DNA from: Gammaproteobacteria bacterium
GTDB taxonomy: Bacteria; Pseudomonadota; Gammaproteobacteria; Arenicellales; Poriferihabitantaceae
Assembly: GCA_009841725.1 (NCBI GenBank)
Contig: VYGS01000046.1
Coordinates: 31,780 to 72,888, forward strand
DNA length: 41,109 bases
Direction of reading: 5' to 3'
In this document: in pieces, positions 1 through 9,364 of the stretch
Numbering within the stretch: position 1 is the first letter of the stretch
Layout: every line of letters starts with the position of its first letter
Notes under the pieces: model-generated
What the model was told of the DNA's origin: nothing
The model's input: the letters and a program-made list of their open reading frames with translations, nothing else
Databases searched by the model: none
Translations under genes and position numbers: made by a program

Positions 1-669
1 CAATTCAAAAAAAACCTCGAAGCGTCCCGGGGGAATATTGTCACCGGCATCAATATCGGCAAGAATGCCACCACCCCGGTCACCGACGCGATCCACGACT
101 ATCTGGAATGCCTGCGGGGCGTTTATGCGCTGGCCGACTACATCGCGATCAACATCTCCTCCCCCAACACCGAAAGCCTGCGACGGCTCCAGGATCACGA
201 CATGCTGGATGCGCTCCTCGAGGCTCTCGACCGGGAACGCCGTCAACTCGCCGACCGGACCGGAGTCCGCAAGCCGCTCATCGTCAAGATTGCTCCGGAT
301 CTGGATACCCGCCAGATCGACGCCATTGCCGCCTCGATGCGAGCCCATTCCATCGACGGCGTGATCGCCACCAATACCACGGTATCGCGCCCCGGGGTCG
401 AAAATCACCCCTTCGCGGGGGAAGCGGGGGGCCTGAGCGGCGCTCCGCTCAGGGAGTCGTCCACCCGGGTGGTCAGGATGCTGCATGACAACCTCCAGGA
501 CGAAATTCCCATCATCGGCGTCGGCGGAATCCTCGACGGCGAGGCCGCCCTTGAAAAACTCGAGGCGGGTGCGCGCCTGATCCAGCTGTATACCGGCCTG
601 ATCTATTCCGGGCCGGCCCTTGTCGGACGGATTCTGAAAGAGCTGGAGAAAGTCCGTCCGGCGACGTGA
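1..669 (+). CDS. pyrD: Quinone-dependent dihydroorotate dehydrogenase (5' truncated by window edge)
   Basis: Frame 1 is open from base 1 and reads GINIGKNATTP, YIAINISSPNT, VKIAPDL, ATNTT, GGLSGAPL, IIGVGGI, QLYTGLIYSGP, all class 2 DHODH motifs. Confidence 0.96.
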   Translation, partial: QFKKNLEASRGNIVTGINIGKNATTPVTDAIHDYLECLRGVYALADYIAINISSPNTESLRRLQDHDMLDALLEALDRERRQLADRTGVRKPLIVKIAPDLDTRQIDAIAASMRAHSIDGVIATNTTVSRPGVENHPFAGEAGGLSGAPLRESSTRVVRMLHDNLQDEIPIIGVGGILDGEAALEKLEAGARLIQLYTGLIYSGPALVGRILKELEKVRPAT

Positions 670-759
670 TCCATACAGCGGCTGCCTGCGCCCGGCGTGA
701 CACCCGGACAAAAGTTGTTGTTAGAATATTGGGGCCCGCCTCTGTCCATGCCGATCCGA

Positions 760-1352
760 TGAATCACAACCGAAACCACTCCGGCATCCATACCGGCGAA
801 AGCGCCCGGTTCGTTTTTCCATTCATCCTCTCGCTCTGCCTGATGGGGCTTGTCCTGGTTCCGTTGCCCGGCAAGGCCGATCTCGTCAAGGAGCAGCAGA
901 CAATACGAAAACAGTATCCCGGTGTCACCCACATCAGCGCCGATCAGCTTCAGGACGCGCTCGTCGGCGATGAAGCGGAGACCGTCCTGTTCGACGTGAG
1001 GGAAAGGGCCGAGTACGCCGTCAGCCACATCGAAGGCGCGATTCAGGTCGATCCCGACATGTCGGGGGAGGAGTTTCTGGCCCGTTACGGAGACCGGATC
1101 GGGAATCGCAAAGTGGTGTTCTACTGTTCCGTCGGATACCGGTCCTCGCACATGGCGGAGCTCCTCCGGAACCAGTCTCCGGCCGACCCTCCGACAGATG
1201 TCCTGAATCTGCGCCACGGTCTTTTCGGCTGGCACAACGAAAAAAGGAATCTGGTTCGGGGCGACTCCCCGACCGACTTGATTCATCCGTACAACTTCTG
1301 GTGGGGACGGCTGCTGGAACGTCGGAATCTGACCAGCTACCGGCCCAGATAG
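760..1352 (+). CDS. Exported or membrane-anchored rhodanese-like domain protein
   Basis: Hydrophobic N-terminal segment, DVRERAEYAVSHIEGA, active-site loop YCSVGYRS. Start uncertain (666/748/760); a TGnTAGAAT extended -10 at 719-727 favours the downstream starts. Confidence 0.85.
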
Positions 1353-1380
1353 TGCCGGGTCAACGGACTCGACGCGACCC

Positions 1381-2286
1381 ATGAACGCCGTGCTCAATCC
1401 GCCGCGCATTTTTCCGGATGAACGGCACTATCAGGCCTGGAAAAACCTGAAACTGGCCGGATACGACCCGAAGCATTCGAATGCGCCCGTCAACATCGCG
1501 AATCCCTTCAATCTGAGACGCGACGAGACCGCTCAGGTCCTCGACCGGATCCGACGACGGAATTTCGCCCTGTACCGGCTTGATCCGGAACGGTTCAATA
1601 CCCCGCAAGCCGTGAAGGCGCTGTGTCGGCACATGGGCCTTGAGACCTCCGTCGACAGTCCGGAAGCCGGCGAAGACAACGTCTCGATTCTCGAGGACCG
1701 GGAAGAATCCTCCGGACACCCCAGCCGGTACATTCCCTACACATCCCGGACCCTGAACTGGCATACCGACGGCTACTACTACCCGGAGGGCCGGAAAATC
1801 CGCTCCTTCGTGCTGCATTGCGCCCGCCCCGCCCATTCGGGCGGAGAGAACAGCATGATCGATCATGACATGCTGTATCTGGAAATGCGGGACCGCGACC
1901 CGGATCTCGCCGACACCCTGTGCCTGAGCGATGTGCTCACCATTCCGCAAAACAGGGAGAACGGCCGGATTCTGCGAGACGCCTTCCAGGGACCGGTGTT
2001 CTCCACCGACCACGACAGCCGCCTGTACATGCGCTATACCCGCCGCAAGCGCCACATTGCCTGGAAAAACCATCCGCAGGTCAACGAGGCCCTGGAACTT
2101 CTGGATTCGTTGCTCGACAACCCCCTCCCGTGGAAATCGACAGTCCGGCTGGCGGCCGGAGAAGGCATCCTGTGCAACAACATCGTGCATCGGCGATGCG
2201 CCTACACCGACGTCTCCGGCGGGAAAGCCGGACGGCTGTTCTACCGGATCCGCTTCCTCGAGCGGGCGGGCACTGGCGGTTCCTGA
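1381..2286 (+). CDS. TauD/TfdA-family Fe(II)/2-oxoglutarate dioxygenase-like protein
   Basis: HxD motif (LNWHTDGYY), LHCARPAHSGGEN, distal His in CNNIVHRR, terminal RLFYRIRF. Confidence 0.8.
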   Translation: MNAVLNPPRIFPDERHYQAWKNLKLAGYDPKHSNAPVNIANPFNLRRDETAQVLDRIRRRNFALYRLDPERFNTPQAVKALCRHMGLETSVDSPEAGEDNVSILEDREESSGHPSRYIPYTSRTLNWHTDGYYYPEGRKIRSFVLHCARPAHSGGENSMIDHDMLYLEMRDRDPDLADTLCLSDVLTIPQNRENGRILRDAFQGPVFSTDHDSRLYMRYTRRKRHIAWKNHPQVNEALELLDSLLDNPLPWKSTVRLAAGEGILCNNIVHRRCAYTDVSGGKAGRLFYRIRFLERAGTGGS

Positions 2287-2378
2287 AGGAATCGGGGTGA
2301 ACGCCGCGACGCCGGAAGCGGGTTGCTCCGGATGGCACTGTGGTAAGCTTGTTTCGAATCGACCTCTCTTGAAGCGAC

Positions 2379-3068
2379 ATGCTCTGGAAAGAAAAAACCC
2401 CGGGCCGATCCGGACGGATGGCGGACAGGGTGCAGGATTTTTCGTTTCGGATCGCATGCCGGGAGCTTCCCGTCGATCATGCCTGGGCATTGCGTGAGCG
2501 GATCGTCGGCATCCTTCCCTGGCTGGTGGATGAGCCGAAGGCCGCCATCCATTCGGTCCATGCGGCGTCCTCGGCAAACGGATGGATCCGTCCTTCGCTG
2601 GAGTCCGGCAGCATGATCCAGCTTTCCCGCCGAACCCGGCTCTATCTCAGGCTTCCCGCACACCGGATCGAGGACGCCCGGGCACTCTGTGGCAAGGAAT
2701 TCACCGTCTCCGGATGCACGATGCGCATCGGCGACTTCGAACCGCGAAGTCTGGCTCCCTCGAGCACCCTCTTCACGCGATCGATGGATGCGGCGGAAGT
2801 GGAGGACGAGGAGGTCTTCACCGACATCGTGGTCGGTTCGCTCGAAGAGCTGGGTGTCTATCCATCCAAGATGCTGTGCGGACTCATGCACGGGATTTCA
2901 CATGGAAACGGGTGCATCAAGGCGAGAAGCGTGTTGCTTGCGGATCTCGAACCCCGCGAATCGATCCGGATCCAGCAACGGGGCCTGGGAAAGAATGGCC
3001 TGCTCGGCTGCGGCATTTTCCTTCCGCACAAGAGTCTGGATGCGGTCTACGACAAGAGCCGGGACTGA
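2379..3068 (+). CDS. cas6: Orphan Cas6 homologue (type I-MYXAN Cas6/Cmx6-like RAMP protein)
   Basis: LPVDHAWAL, LYLRLP and the C-terminal Gly-rich loop QRGLGKNGLLGCGIFLPHK typical of Cas6/Cmx6. No other cas gene or array in the window. Confidence 0.8.
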   Translation: MLWKEKTPGRSGRMADRVQDFSFRIACRELPVDHAWALRERIVGILPWLVDEPKAAIHSVHAASSANGWIRPSLESGSMIQLSRRTRLYLRLPAHRIEDARALCGKEFTVSGCTMRIGDFEPRSLAPSSTLFTRSMDAAEVEDEEVFTDIVVGSLEELGVYPSKMLCGLMHGISHGNGCIKARSVLLADLEPRESIRIQQRGLGKNGLLGCGIFLPHKSLDAVYDKSRD

Positions 3069-3122
3069 CACGGAAAACCGACTCTGTCCCGCTGATCAAT
3101 GAATCCGGCAGCAGGCATTCTG

Positions 3123-3154
3123 CTCCGATTCGGGCCACCGCATCCGAATCGGGG
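3123..3154 (+). other. Strong hairpin / inverted repeat downstream of cas6
   Basis: CCGATTCGG (3125-3133) and CCGAATCGG (3144-3152) are exact reverse complements with a 10-nt loop; no U tract follows. Confidence 0.55.
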
Positions 3155-3207
3155 GGATATGGGATAAAATGGCGTTACGCCAAACCGACACCGATTGAAA
3201 TTCCGTC

Positions 3208-3780
3208 ATGCTACAGAAGGCCCGAATTCGCACGGCCTGGAAATCCCGGGACCGGACCGTTTCAGTGGACGATCTGGCCAACGCGCTGTCGGCCATCTGC
3301 TGGCGCATTGCCCTGTCGGCGGCCAAAAACCTCCATCAGCAGGATTTCATCTATGCCGACGACGGCCAGCGTCTGGCCGTCATCCGGGAATACCTTTTCT
3401 TCCTGATCCATTGCTCGGACCGGCTGATGCACGATCGGCTCCGGCAAGGTGACCGGGAGACCTTCGTCACCCGGCTTTCGCTCAACTGCCTGAGGCACTA
3501 CGCCGAGAACACGCTGGAACTTCTCGAACGGCAACCCGACATGAAGGAGGCCCTCGATGCGCTGAACCACGTCACGAGCACGCTGGCCGGCTTCCGTTTT
3601 CCGGATCAGCGACCGGGGTATGAAATGTACCGGCTGCTCGGCGCCCGGATCCGAGAAATTCTCGGCGAGGACCAGATCAACAAATGGGTCATCGACCAGA
3701 TCATGGAGGTGGATGGCCCGGAAGTCTTCGACCTGTTTGACAAATCCTGCACGAAACTGGTGCGCAATTCCGGGTACTGA
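3208..3780 (+). CDS. Conserved hypothetical protein (predicted helical)
   Basis: Clean 190-aa ORF ending 3 bp before dsbD; motifs ICWRIAL, QRLAVIREYL and NKWVIDQIMEVDGPE resemble an uncharacterised family I recall from sulfur oxidisers. Confidence 0.75.
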   Translation: MLQKARIRTAWKSRDRTVSVDDLANALSAICWRIALSAAKNLHQQDFIYADDGQRLAVIREYLFFLIHCSDRLMHDRLRQGDRETFVTRLSLNCLRHYAENTLELLERQPDMKEALDALNHVTSTLAGFRFPDQRPGYEMYRLLGARIREILGEDQINKWVIDQIMEVDGPEVFDLFDKSCTKLVRNSGY

Positions 3781-3783
3781 AGC

Positions 3784-6060
3784 ATGCTCCGACTCCTCTC
3801 CAGCCTCCCCGCCCTGCTGCTCGTCCTGGGACTGGCGCCGGGGACGATATGCGGGGCCCTGGCACAAGGGCTGGACGACGACGAACTCCTGCCTGAAGAC
3901 CAGGCGTTCCGCTTCGAGCTCGTTCCGGGCGAGCCCTCCGCGATCCAGGCGACCTGGCGGATCGCGGAGGGATACTACATGTACCGGGACAAGATCGGAT
4001 TTCGCATCGACGATGCGGGATTTTCCGCCGCGGTCCCGGAATATCCCCAGGGCATCATCAAGGACGATCCGCTGTTCGGCGTGACCGAGGTGTACACCGA
4101 CCAGTTCTCGATCCGGATCGATGTCGGGGGCGGGGACGGCGCATTCACCCTGATCTCGGACGGCCAGGGCTGCAACGAGCCGATCGGTGTCTGCTATGCG
4201 CCGATCACCCACACCACCCGCTTCGTCAAGGCCGGCAACACGATCCGGTTCGCATCGCTGGTTTCGACTTCGGAACCGGAAGCGGAAGCCGCTGAAACGA
4301 CGGAACAGGCGCAGGTGGAGGCGGAGGACATCGACCTGCTTCGCGATCTTCTCTCGAGTTCCTTCTCGCAACCCGAATTTCTCGATGTCGACGAGGCGTT
4401 CAGGGTCGAGGATCTCTCGATCGGTCTGCAATCGATTTCCGGCCACTTCGTGATCGAGCCGGGATACTACCTGTACCGGGACAAGGTCGGTGTCATGCTC
4501 GACGAGTTGTCCCTCGCGGTTCGCATACCCCAGGAGCCGGAACAGTACGCCGACCCTACCTTCGGCACCACCGACGTCCATCGGACGGATTTCTCGTTTT
4601 CCGCAAGCCGCCCGACGACCAGCGCGGCCGGACCGGCTGTCGTGACACTGACCTACCAGGGCTGCGCCGAAGGAGCGATCTGCTATCCGCCCGTAACGAG
4701 GCAGTTCAATCTCGTCGCACCGGCAATGGCGGACGAAACCCCGTCCGCCGCGTCTTCGTCAACTCCGGCAACGGAGCAGGATTATTCCCTGATCGCGATC
4801 CTGTCCGGCGCTTTCATCGCCGGCATCCTGCTGACATTCACGCCGTGCGTATTGCCGATGATCCCGATTCTCTCGAGCGTGATCGCGGGACAGGGCGAGG
4901 CAATCAGCCGGACCCGGGCCGGGTCGCTGTCCCTGTCCTACGTGCTCGGTACCGTGATCACGTATGCGGCGATGGGCGCTCTGGCCGGCGCGACCGGCGA
5001 CCAGCTGCAGGCCTACTTCCAGAACGCGTGGGCCATCGGAATCCTGTCCGGTATTCTCGCCCTGATGGCGCTGTCCATGTTCGGCCTTTATGAACTACAG
5101 GTGCCCTCCTTCCTGCAATCCAGAATCCAGCAGAAATCGGGCAGCCTGACCGGCTCCATCCCGCTGGTGTTCCTGCTGGGACTGGTCTCGGCATTGATCA
5201 TCGGCGCCTGCGTCTCCCCGGTGCTGATCTCGATCCTGAGCATTGCCGTGGCCACCGGCGACCCCGTGCTCGGCGCACAGACCATGGCCGTGATGGCGCT
5301 CGGCATGGGCGTCCCCCTGATCTCGATCGGTGTCGGAGCGGGATATCTGCTCCCCAAGGCCGGTGTCTGGATGGAATCAATCAAATACCTGTTCGGCATC
5401 CTGCTGTTCGCGGTCGCGATCTACCTGTTGCAAATCCTGCCCCAGGTGCCGATTCTCCTGATCTGGGGAGCCTATCTCATCATCGTGGGCTATGCCTTCA
5501 TGCAGGCTCGCGCCGAGCCGGACACGCCGAAACATAAATTCACGGTGGTGCTCAAGGGTGTCGGTGTGGTTCTCCTGGTCTGGGGAATCTGCGCACTGAT
5601 CGGCGGATTCATGGGACAACGGGATCTGCTGCGCCCGATCCCGGAACGTCTCTTCACTTCGGGCCCCGCGGCCCTGCAATCAGCCGAAACCCATCTGTTC
5701 GACCGGATTTCGACCGTGGACGAACTGGATCAGCAAATCGTCCAGGCGGCCTCGAACGGACGCGGTGTCATCATCGACTACTACGCCGACTGGTGTGTCG
5801 ACTGCCTCAAGATGGAAGAATCCACGTTCAAGGACAAATTGGTGATCGAGGAGATCGGCAACCGGTTCATCGCCCTGCAGGTGGACGTGACCAACCCGAA
5901 CGATGCAAACGCCAATTCCCTGAAGAAACGGTTCAACGTGTTCGGCCCGCCTGCCATGATCTTTCTTGGCCGGAACGGCACTGTCCTGAGCGACTTCAAT
6001 TTCTACGGATACAAGGGCCCCGAGGCGTTTCTGGAGCATCTCAAGCGTGTCACCCTGTAG
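3784..6060 (+). CDS. dsbD: Protein-disulfide reductase DsbD with two N-terminal Ig-like domains
   Basis: Signal peptide; two nDsbD copies (GYYMYRDK...QGCNEPIGVCYAP and GYYLYRDK...QGCAEGAICYPP); TM domain TPCVLPMIP and GACVSP; thioredoxin domain YADWCVDC. Confidence 0.93.
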   Translation: MLRLLSSLPALLLVLGLAPGTICGALAQGLDDDELLPEDQAFRFELVPGEPSAIQATWRIAEGYYMYRDKIGFRIDDAGFSAAVPEYPQGIIKDDPLFGVTEVYTDQFSIRIDVGGGDGAFTLISDGQGCNEPIGVCYAPITHTTRFVKAGNTIRFASLVSTSEPEAEAAETTEQAQVEAEDIDLLRDLLSSSFSQPEFLDVDEAFRVEDLSIGLQSISGHFVIEPGYYLYRDKVGVMLDELSLAVRIPQEPEQYADPTFGTTDVHRTDFSFSASRPTTSAAGPAVVTLTYQGCAEGAICYPPVTRQFNLVAPAMADETPSAASSSTPATEQDYSLIAILSGAFIAGILLTFTPCVLPMIPILSSVIAGQGEAISRTRAGSLSLSYVLGTVITYAAMGALAGATGDQLQAYFQNAWAIGILSGILALMALSMFGLYELQVPSFLQSRIQQKSGSLTGSIPLVFLLGLVSALIIGACVSPVLISILSIAVATGDPVLGAQTMAVMALGMGVPLISIGVGAGYLLPKAGVWMESIKYLFGILLFAVAIYLLQILPQVPILLIWGAYLIIVGYAFMQARAEPDTPKHKFTVVLKGVGVVLLVWGICALIGGFMGQRDLLRPIPERLFTSGPAALQSAETHLFDRISTVDELDQQIVQAASNGRGVIIDYYADWCVDCLKMEESTFKDKLVIEEIGNRFIALQVDVTNPNDANANSLKKRFNVFGPPAMIFLGRNGTVLSDFNFYGYKGPEAFLEHLKRVTL

Positions 6061-6132
6061 TCGTCCTCCGTCAAGCCACCGCCCGCTGATCCGTATTCTG
6101 ATTACCGTCATGCATCACTTCCGATCAAACCG

Positions 6133-7020
6133 ATGTCCCAAAGACACCCTGTCATCGCAGTAACCGGCTCTTCGGGAGCCGGAACCTCCACCATCAAGGA
6201 TGCTTTCGAGCATATTTTCCGGCTTGAGAACATCAACCCCTGCATGGTCGAGGGAGACAGCTTCCATCGGTATGACCGCGACGAGATGGAGCGGCGCACC
6301 GAGGAGGCCATGCGCGAAGGAACCCATTTCAGCCATTTCGGCCTGCAGGCGAATCTGCTTGAGGAACTCGCGGCACTGTTCGAGGAATACGGAAAGGACG
6401 GATCGGGCCAGCGACGCTTCTACCTGCACGACCGGAAGATCGCCAAACGTCACGGACAACCTGTCGGCACGTTCACCCCGTGGGAGAATATTCCTCCGGG
6501 AACCGCTCTCCTGTTTTACGAAGGGCTGCACGGCGGAGTGGTTCACGATACCGTCGACGTGGCCCGGCACGTGGACCTGCTGATCGGCGTCGTGCCCATA
6601 GTCAATCTCGAATGGATCCAGAAAATCCACCGCGACACTTACGCCAGAGGCTATCGTCCGAAAGACGTCACGCAGACCATCCTGAGGCGCATGCACGACT
6701 ACGTCCACATCATCACGCCCCAGTTTTCCAACACCGACATCAACATCCAGAGAGTTCCGACCGTCGACACTTCCAACCCGTTCATCGCCCGGGACATTCC
6801 CACGTCGGATGAAAGCTTTGCGGTCATCCGGTTTCAGGATCCGGAAAAATTCAGTATTGACTTTCCCTATCTGCTCTCCATGATCCACGACTCGTTCATG
6901 TCCCGCAGGAACACGATCGTCGTGCCGGGCGGGAAGATGATGCTGGCGATGGAGATCATTCTGAAACCGATCATCCGCAGGATGATGGAGCAGCGCCTGC
7001 CGAACGCGGACGGGAGCTAG
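6133..7020 (+). CDS. prkB: Phosphoribulokinase (proteobacterial CbbP/PrkB type)
   Basis: HPVIAVTGSSGAGT, EGDSFHRYDR, LLFYEGLHG, NLEWIQKIHRD, QRVPTVDTSNPF. Confidence 0.95.
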   Translation: MSQRHPVIAVTGSSGAGTSTIKDAFEHIFRLENINPCMVEGDSFHRYDRDEMERRTEEAMREGTHFSHFGLQANLLEELAALFEEYGKDGSGQRRFYLHDRKIAKRHGQPVGTFTPWENIPPGTALLFYEGLHGGVVHDTVDVARHVDLLIGVVPIVNLEWIQKIHRDTYARGYRPKDVTQTILRRMHDYVHIITPQFSNTDINIQRVPTVDTSNPFIARDIPTSDESFAVIRFQDPEKFSIDFPYLLSMIHDSFMSRRNTIVVPGGKMMLAMEIILKPIIRRMMEQRLPNADGS

Positions 7021-7787
7021 CGACTGAATCCGTCGAGCCAGTCGGCCAGCTTCCCGATCATCACATCGCCGTAGCCGCGGAAAAAATGGGTCGCCCCCTC
7101 GACCGGCACCTGCGCCGAGAGCGGATTTCCGTTTTGCCGTAGCAATTCCTGGCGATGGGGCACCATGGCCAGCGGCCGGGGATATTCCCCGGTGCCGTAG
7201 ATATCCAGCACGGGAACGCTCAGCCTGCCGATCGGAAACGGGGTCTTCAGGTCCTGGCCGACGTCGGTGACTCCAAGCCCCATGGCAATGTAACCGTCAA
7301 TCCGCGGTTCCGCTACGCTGTTCATCCAGTCATTCGCCATGTGGACCCCGCAACTGTGGGCGGCCAGGATGATCCGGCTCACGCCCCGGCTCTCGAGGTA
7401 GTCGATCGCGGCCTCAATCCGCGGATGGGCATACCCGAGAATCGGCAGGTAGTCGTAGTATGTCTTCCCCTTGGCCAGGACCGGCATCTGCAGCGACAGG
7501 GTGGCCCAGCCCCGCTCCGCGAGGCCGGTCCGCAGCGGACCGATCAGTTCCTCCTCATCAAGATGGACATCCCTGCCATGAAGGAGGATGACCGTCCCGT
7601 CCGCCTCTTCGACCTCGATGTGAACCGCCAGAAATTCCCGTCCTCCGCCTTCCAGCCATAGCGGCTCGCCCTCGAAGAGATACGGCTCCACCTGCTCGAC
7701 GATGCGCGCTTCCCGCTCGAAGTCGGGAACCTCGTCCGCCCAGGCGGATATTGCGGCACCGCCTGCAGCAAGAAGCAGTGAAAGCAT
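7017..7787 (-). CDS. Exported alpha/beta-hydrolase-fold protein (DUF3530-like)
   Basis: Signal peptide, LLHGR, LRTGLAERGWATLSLQMP, nucleophile elbow AHSCG, C-terminal GATHFF. Alternative start at 7913. Confidence 0.75.
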   Translation of the reverse strand: MLSLLLAAGGAAISAWADEVPDFEREARIVEQVEPYLFEGEPLWLEGGGREFLAVHIEVEEADGTVILLHGRDVHLDEEELIGPLRTGLAERGWATLSLQMPVLAKGKTYYDYLPILGYAHPRIEAAIDYLESRGVSRIILAAHSCGVHMANDWMNSVAEPRIDGYIAMGLGVTDVGQDLKTPFPIGRLSVPVLDIYGTGEYPRPLAMVPHRQELLRQNGNPLSAQVPVEGATHFFRGYGDVMIGKLADWLDGFSR

Positions 7788-7954
7788 GGACCGGGCAAGT
7801 CGCCCGGCAATCCCCGGGCCCGTTCTACCCGGCGGGATTCGCCGCGAAGGAATCCCGCCGCCATGGCGGGCGGGTCCGAATGGCGGCAGAAACGAATCGG
7901 TCACATCTTTCACATCGCGCTCCGGGCAGATCAGAAATCCTGCCCGGATTCATT

Positions 7955-9352
7955 CTACATCAGATGTGCGATCAGTCCCTCGATGCTGTCGCGCGCGTCG
8001 CCAAACAGCATTTTCGTGTTGGGCTTGAAGAACAGGGGGTTCTCGACTCCGGCATATCCACTCGCCATGCTGCGCTTGAGCACGACGACCTCGCGCGCAT
8101 TCCAGGCCTCGATGACCGGCATGCCGGCAATCGGCCCCTCGGGATCCTCGATCGCGGACGGGTTCACGATGTCGTTGGCGCCAATGACCATGACCATGTC
8201 CGTATCCGGCAGATCCTCCTGGATCTCATCCATCTCCAGCACGATGTCATAGGGCACCCGGGCCTCCGCCAGCAGGACATTCATGTGTCCGGGCATCCGG
8301 CCTGCAACCGGGTGGATGGCGAACCGGACGTTGACGCCCTTCTCGCGAAGCCGGCGGGTCAGTTCGTACACGGCGTGCTGGGCATGGGCCACCGCCATTC
8401 CGTATCCCGGCACGATCACCAGGGAATCGATATTGTTGAGCGCCGCGCCGCATTCGTCCAGGGAGATTCCGACCGCGGTCCCCTGGCTTGCGTCCGTGGC
8501 CGCCGAGCTCACCGACTGCCCGCCGAATCCACCCATGATGACGCTGATGAATTTCCGGTTCATCGCCCGGCACATGATATAGCTGAGGATGGCGCCGCTG
8601 GAGCCCACCAGCGCGCCGGTGACGATCAACAGATCGTTCGACAGCATGAAGCCGGTCGCGGCGGCGGCCCAGCCGGAATAGCTGTTGAGCATCGAGATGA
8701 CCACCGGCATGTCGGCGCCACCGATCGCCACGACCATGTGAATGCCAAACAGGAGCGCGATCGCCGTCATGATCATCAGCGCGATCATGCCATAGGAAAT
8801 GCTGTCGGCCTGCAGAAATTCGTAGCCGTACCAGATGCACACCAGCAGGCCGGCCAGATTGACCCAGTGCCGACCGGGCAGCATTATCGGCCTGCTGGTG
8901 ATGAATCCCTGGAGCTTGCCGAAAGCGATCACCGATCCGGTAAATGTCACCGCGCCGATCAGGATGCCCAGGTAAATCTCGACCTCGTGAACGACCTTCT
9001 CGGCACCGGAAAAGAGGCCCTCGCTGCCGAGATAGCTCGAGAAACCCACCAGCACCGCCGCCAGTCCCACGAAACTGTGGAGCAGGGCGACCAGCTCCGG
9101 CATTTGCGTCATCTGGACACGGCTGGCGCGCCAGGCGCCCACCGCTCCGCCCACAAGCATCGGAATCAGGATGTAGACATAGCTCTCGATGTTGTCGTTA
9201 AAGGCCGTCGCCACGATGGCGATCGCCATCCCGATCATGCCGAAAAGATTTCCCCTTCGGGCGCTTTCCTGATGGCTCAGTCCTCCCAGGCTGAGTATGA
9301 ACAGGATGCTGGCCACGATATAGGCGGCCGTGATCACGCCTTGATGCACCAT
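7955..9352 (-). CDS. pntB: NAD(P)+ transhydrogenase subunit beta
   Basis: [64 protein letters not shown]. Confidence 0.97.
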   Translation of the reverse strand: MVHQGVITAAYIVASILFILSLGGLSHQESARRGNLFGMIGMAIAIVATAFNDNIESYVYILIPMLVGGAVGAWRASRVQMTQMPELVALLHSFVGLAAVLVGFSSYLGSEGLFSGAEKVVHEVEIYLGILIGAVTFTGSVIAFGKLQGFITSRPIMLPGRHWVNLAGLLVCIWYGYEFLQADSISYGMIALMIMTAIALLFGIHMVVAIGGADMPVVISMLNSYSGWAAAATGFMLSNDLLIVTGALVGSSGAILSYIMCRAMNRKFISVIMGGFGGQSVSSAATDASQGTAVGISLDECGAALNNIDSLVIVPGYGMAVAHAQHAVYELTRRLREKGVNVRFAIHPVAGRMPGHMNVLLAEARVPYDIVLEMDEIQEDLPDTDMVMVIGANDIVNPSAIEDPEGPIAGMPVIEAWNAREVVVLKRSMASGYAGVENPLFFKPNTKMLFGDARDSIEGLIAHLM

Positions 9353-9364
9353 GGTTTCCACGGT

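Noticed and set aside
2333-2350. Sigma54 promoter upstream of cas6 (TGGCAC...GC)
   Set aside because: GG-to-GC spacing is 11 bp instead of the required 10
2286-3208. CRISPR array or leader flanking cas6
   Set aside because: Both intergenic regions are short and contain no repeated unit
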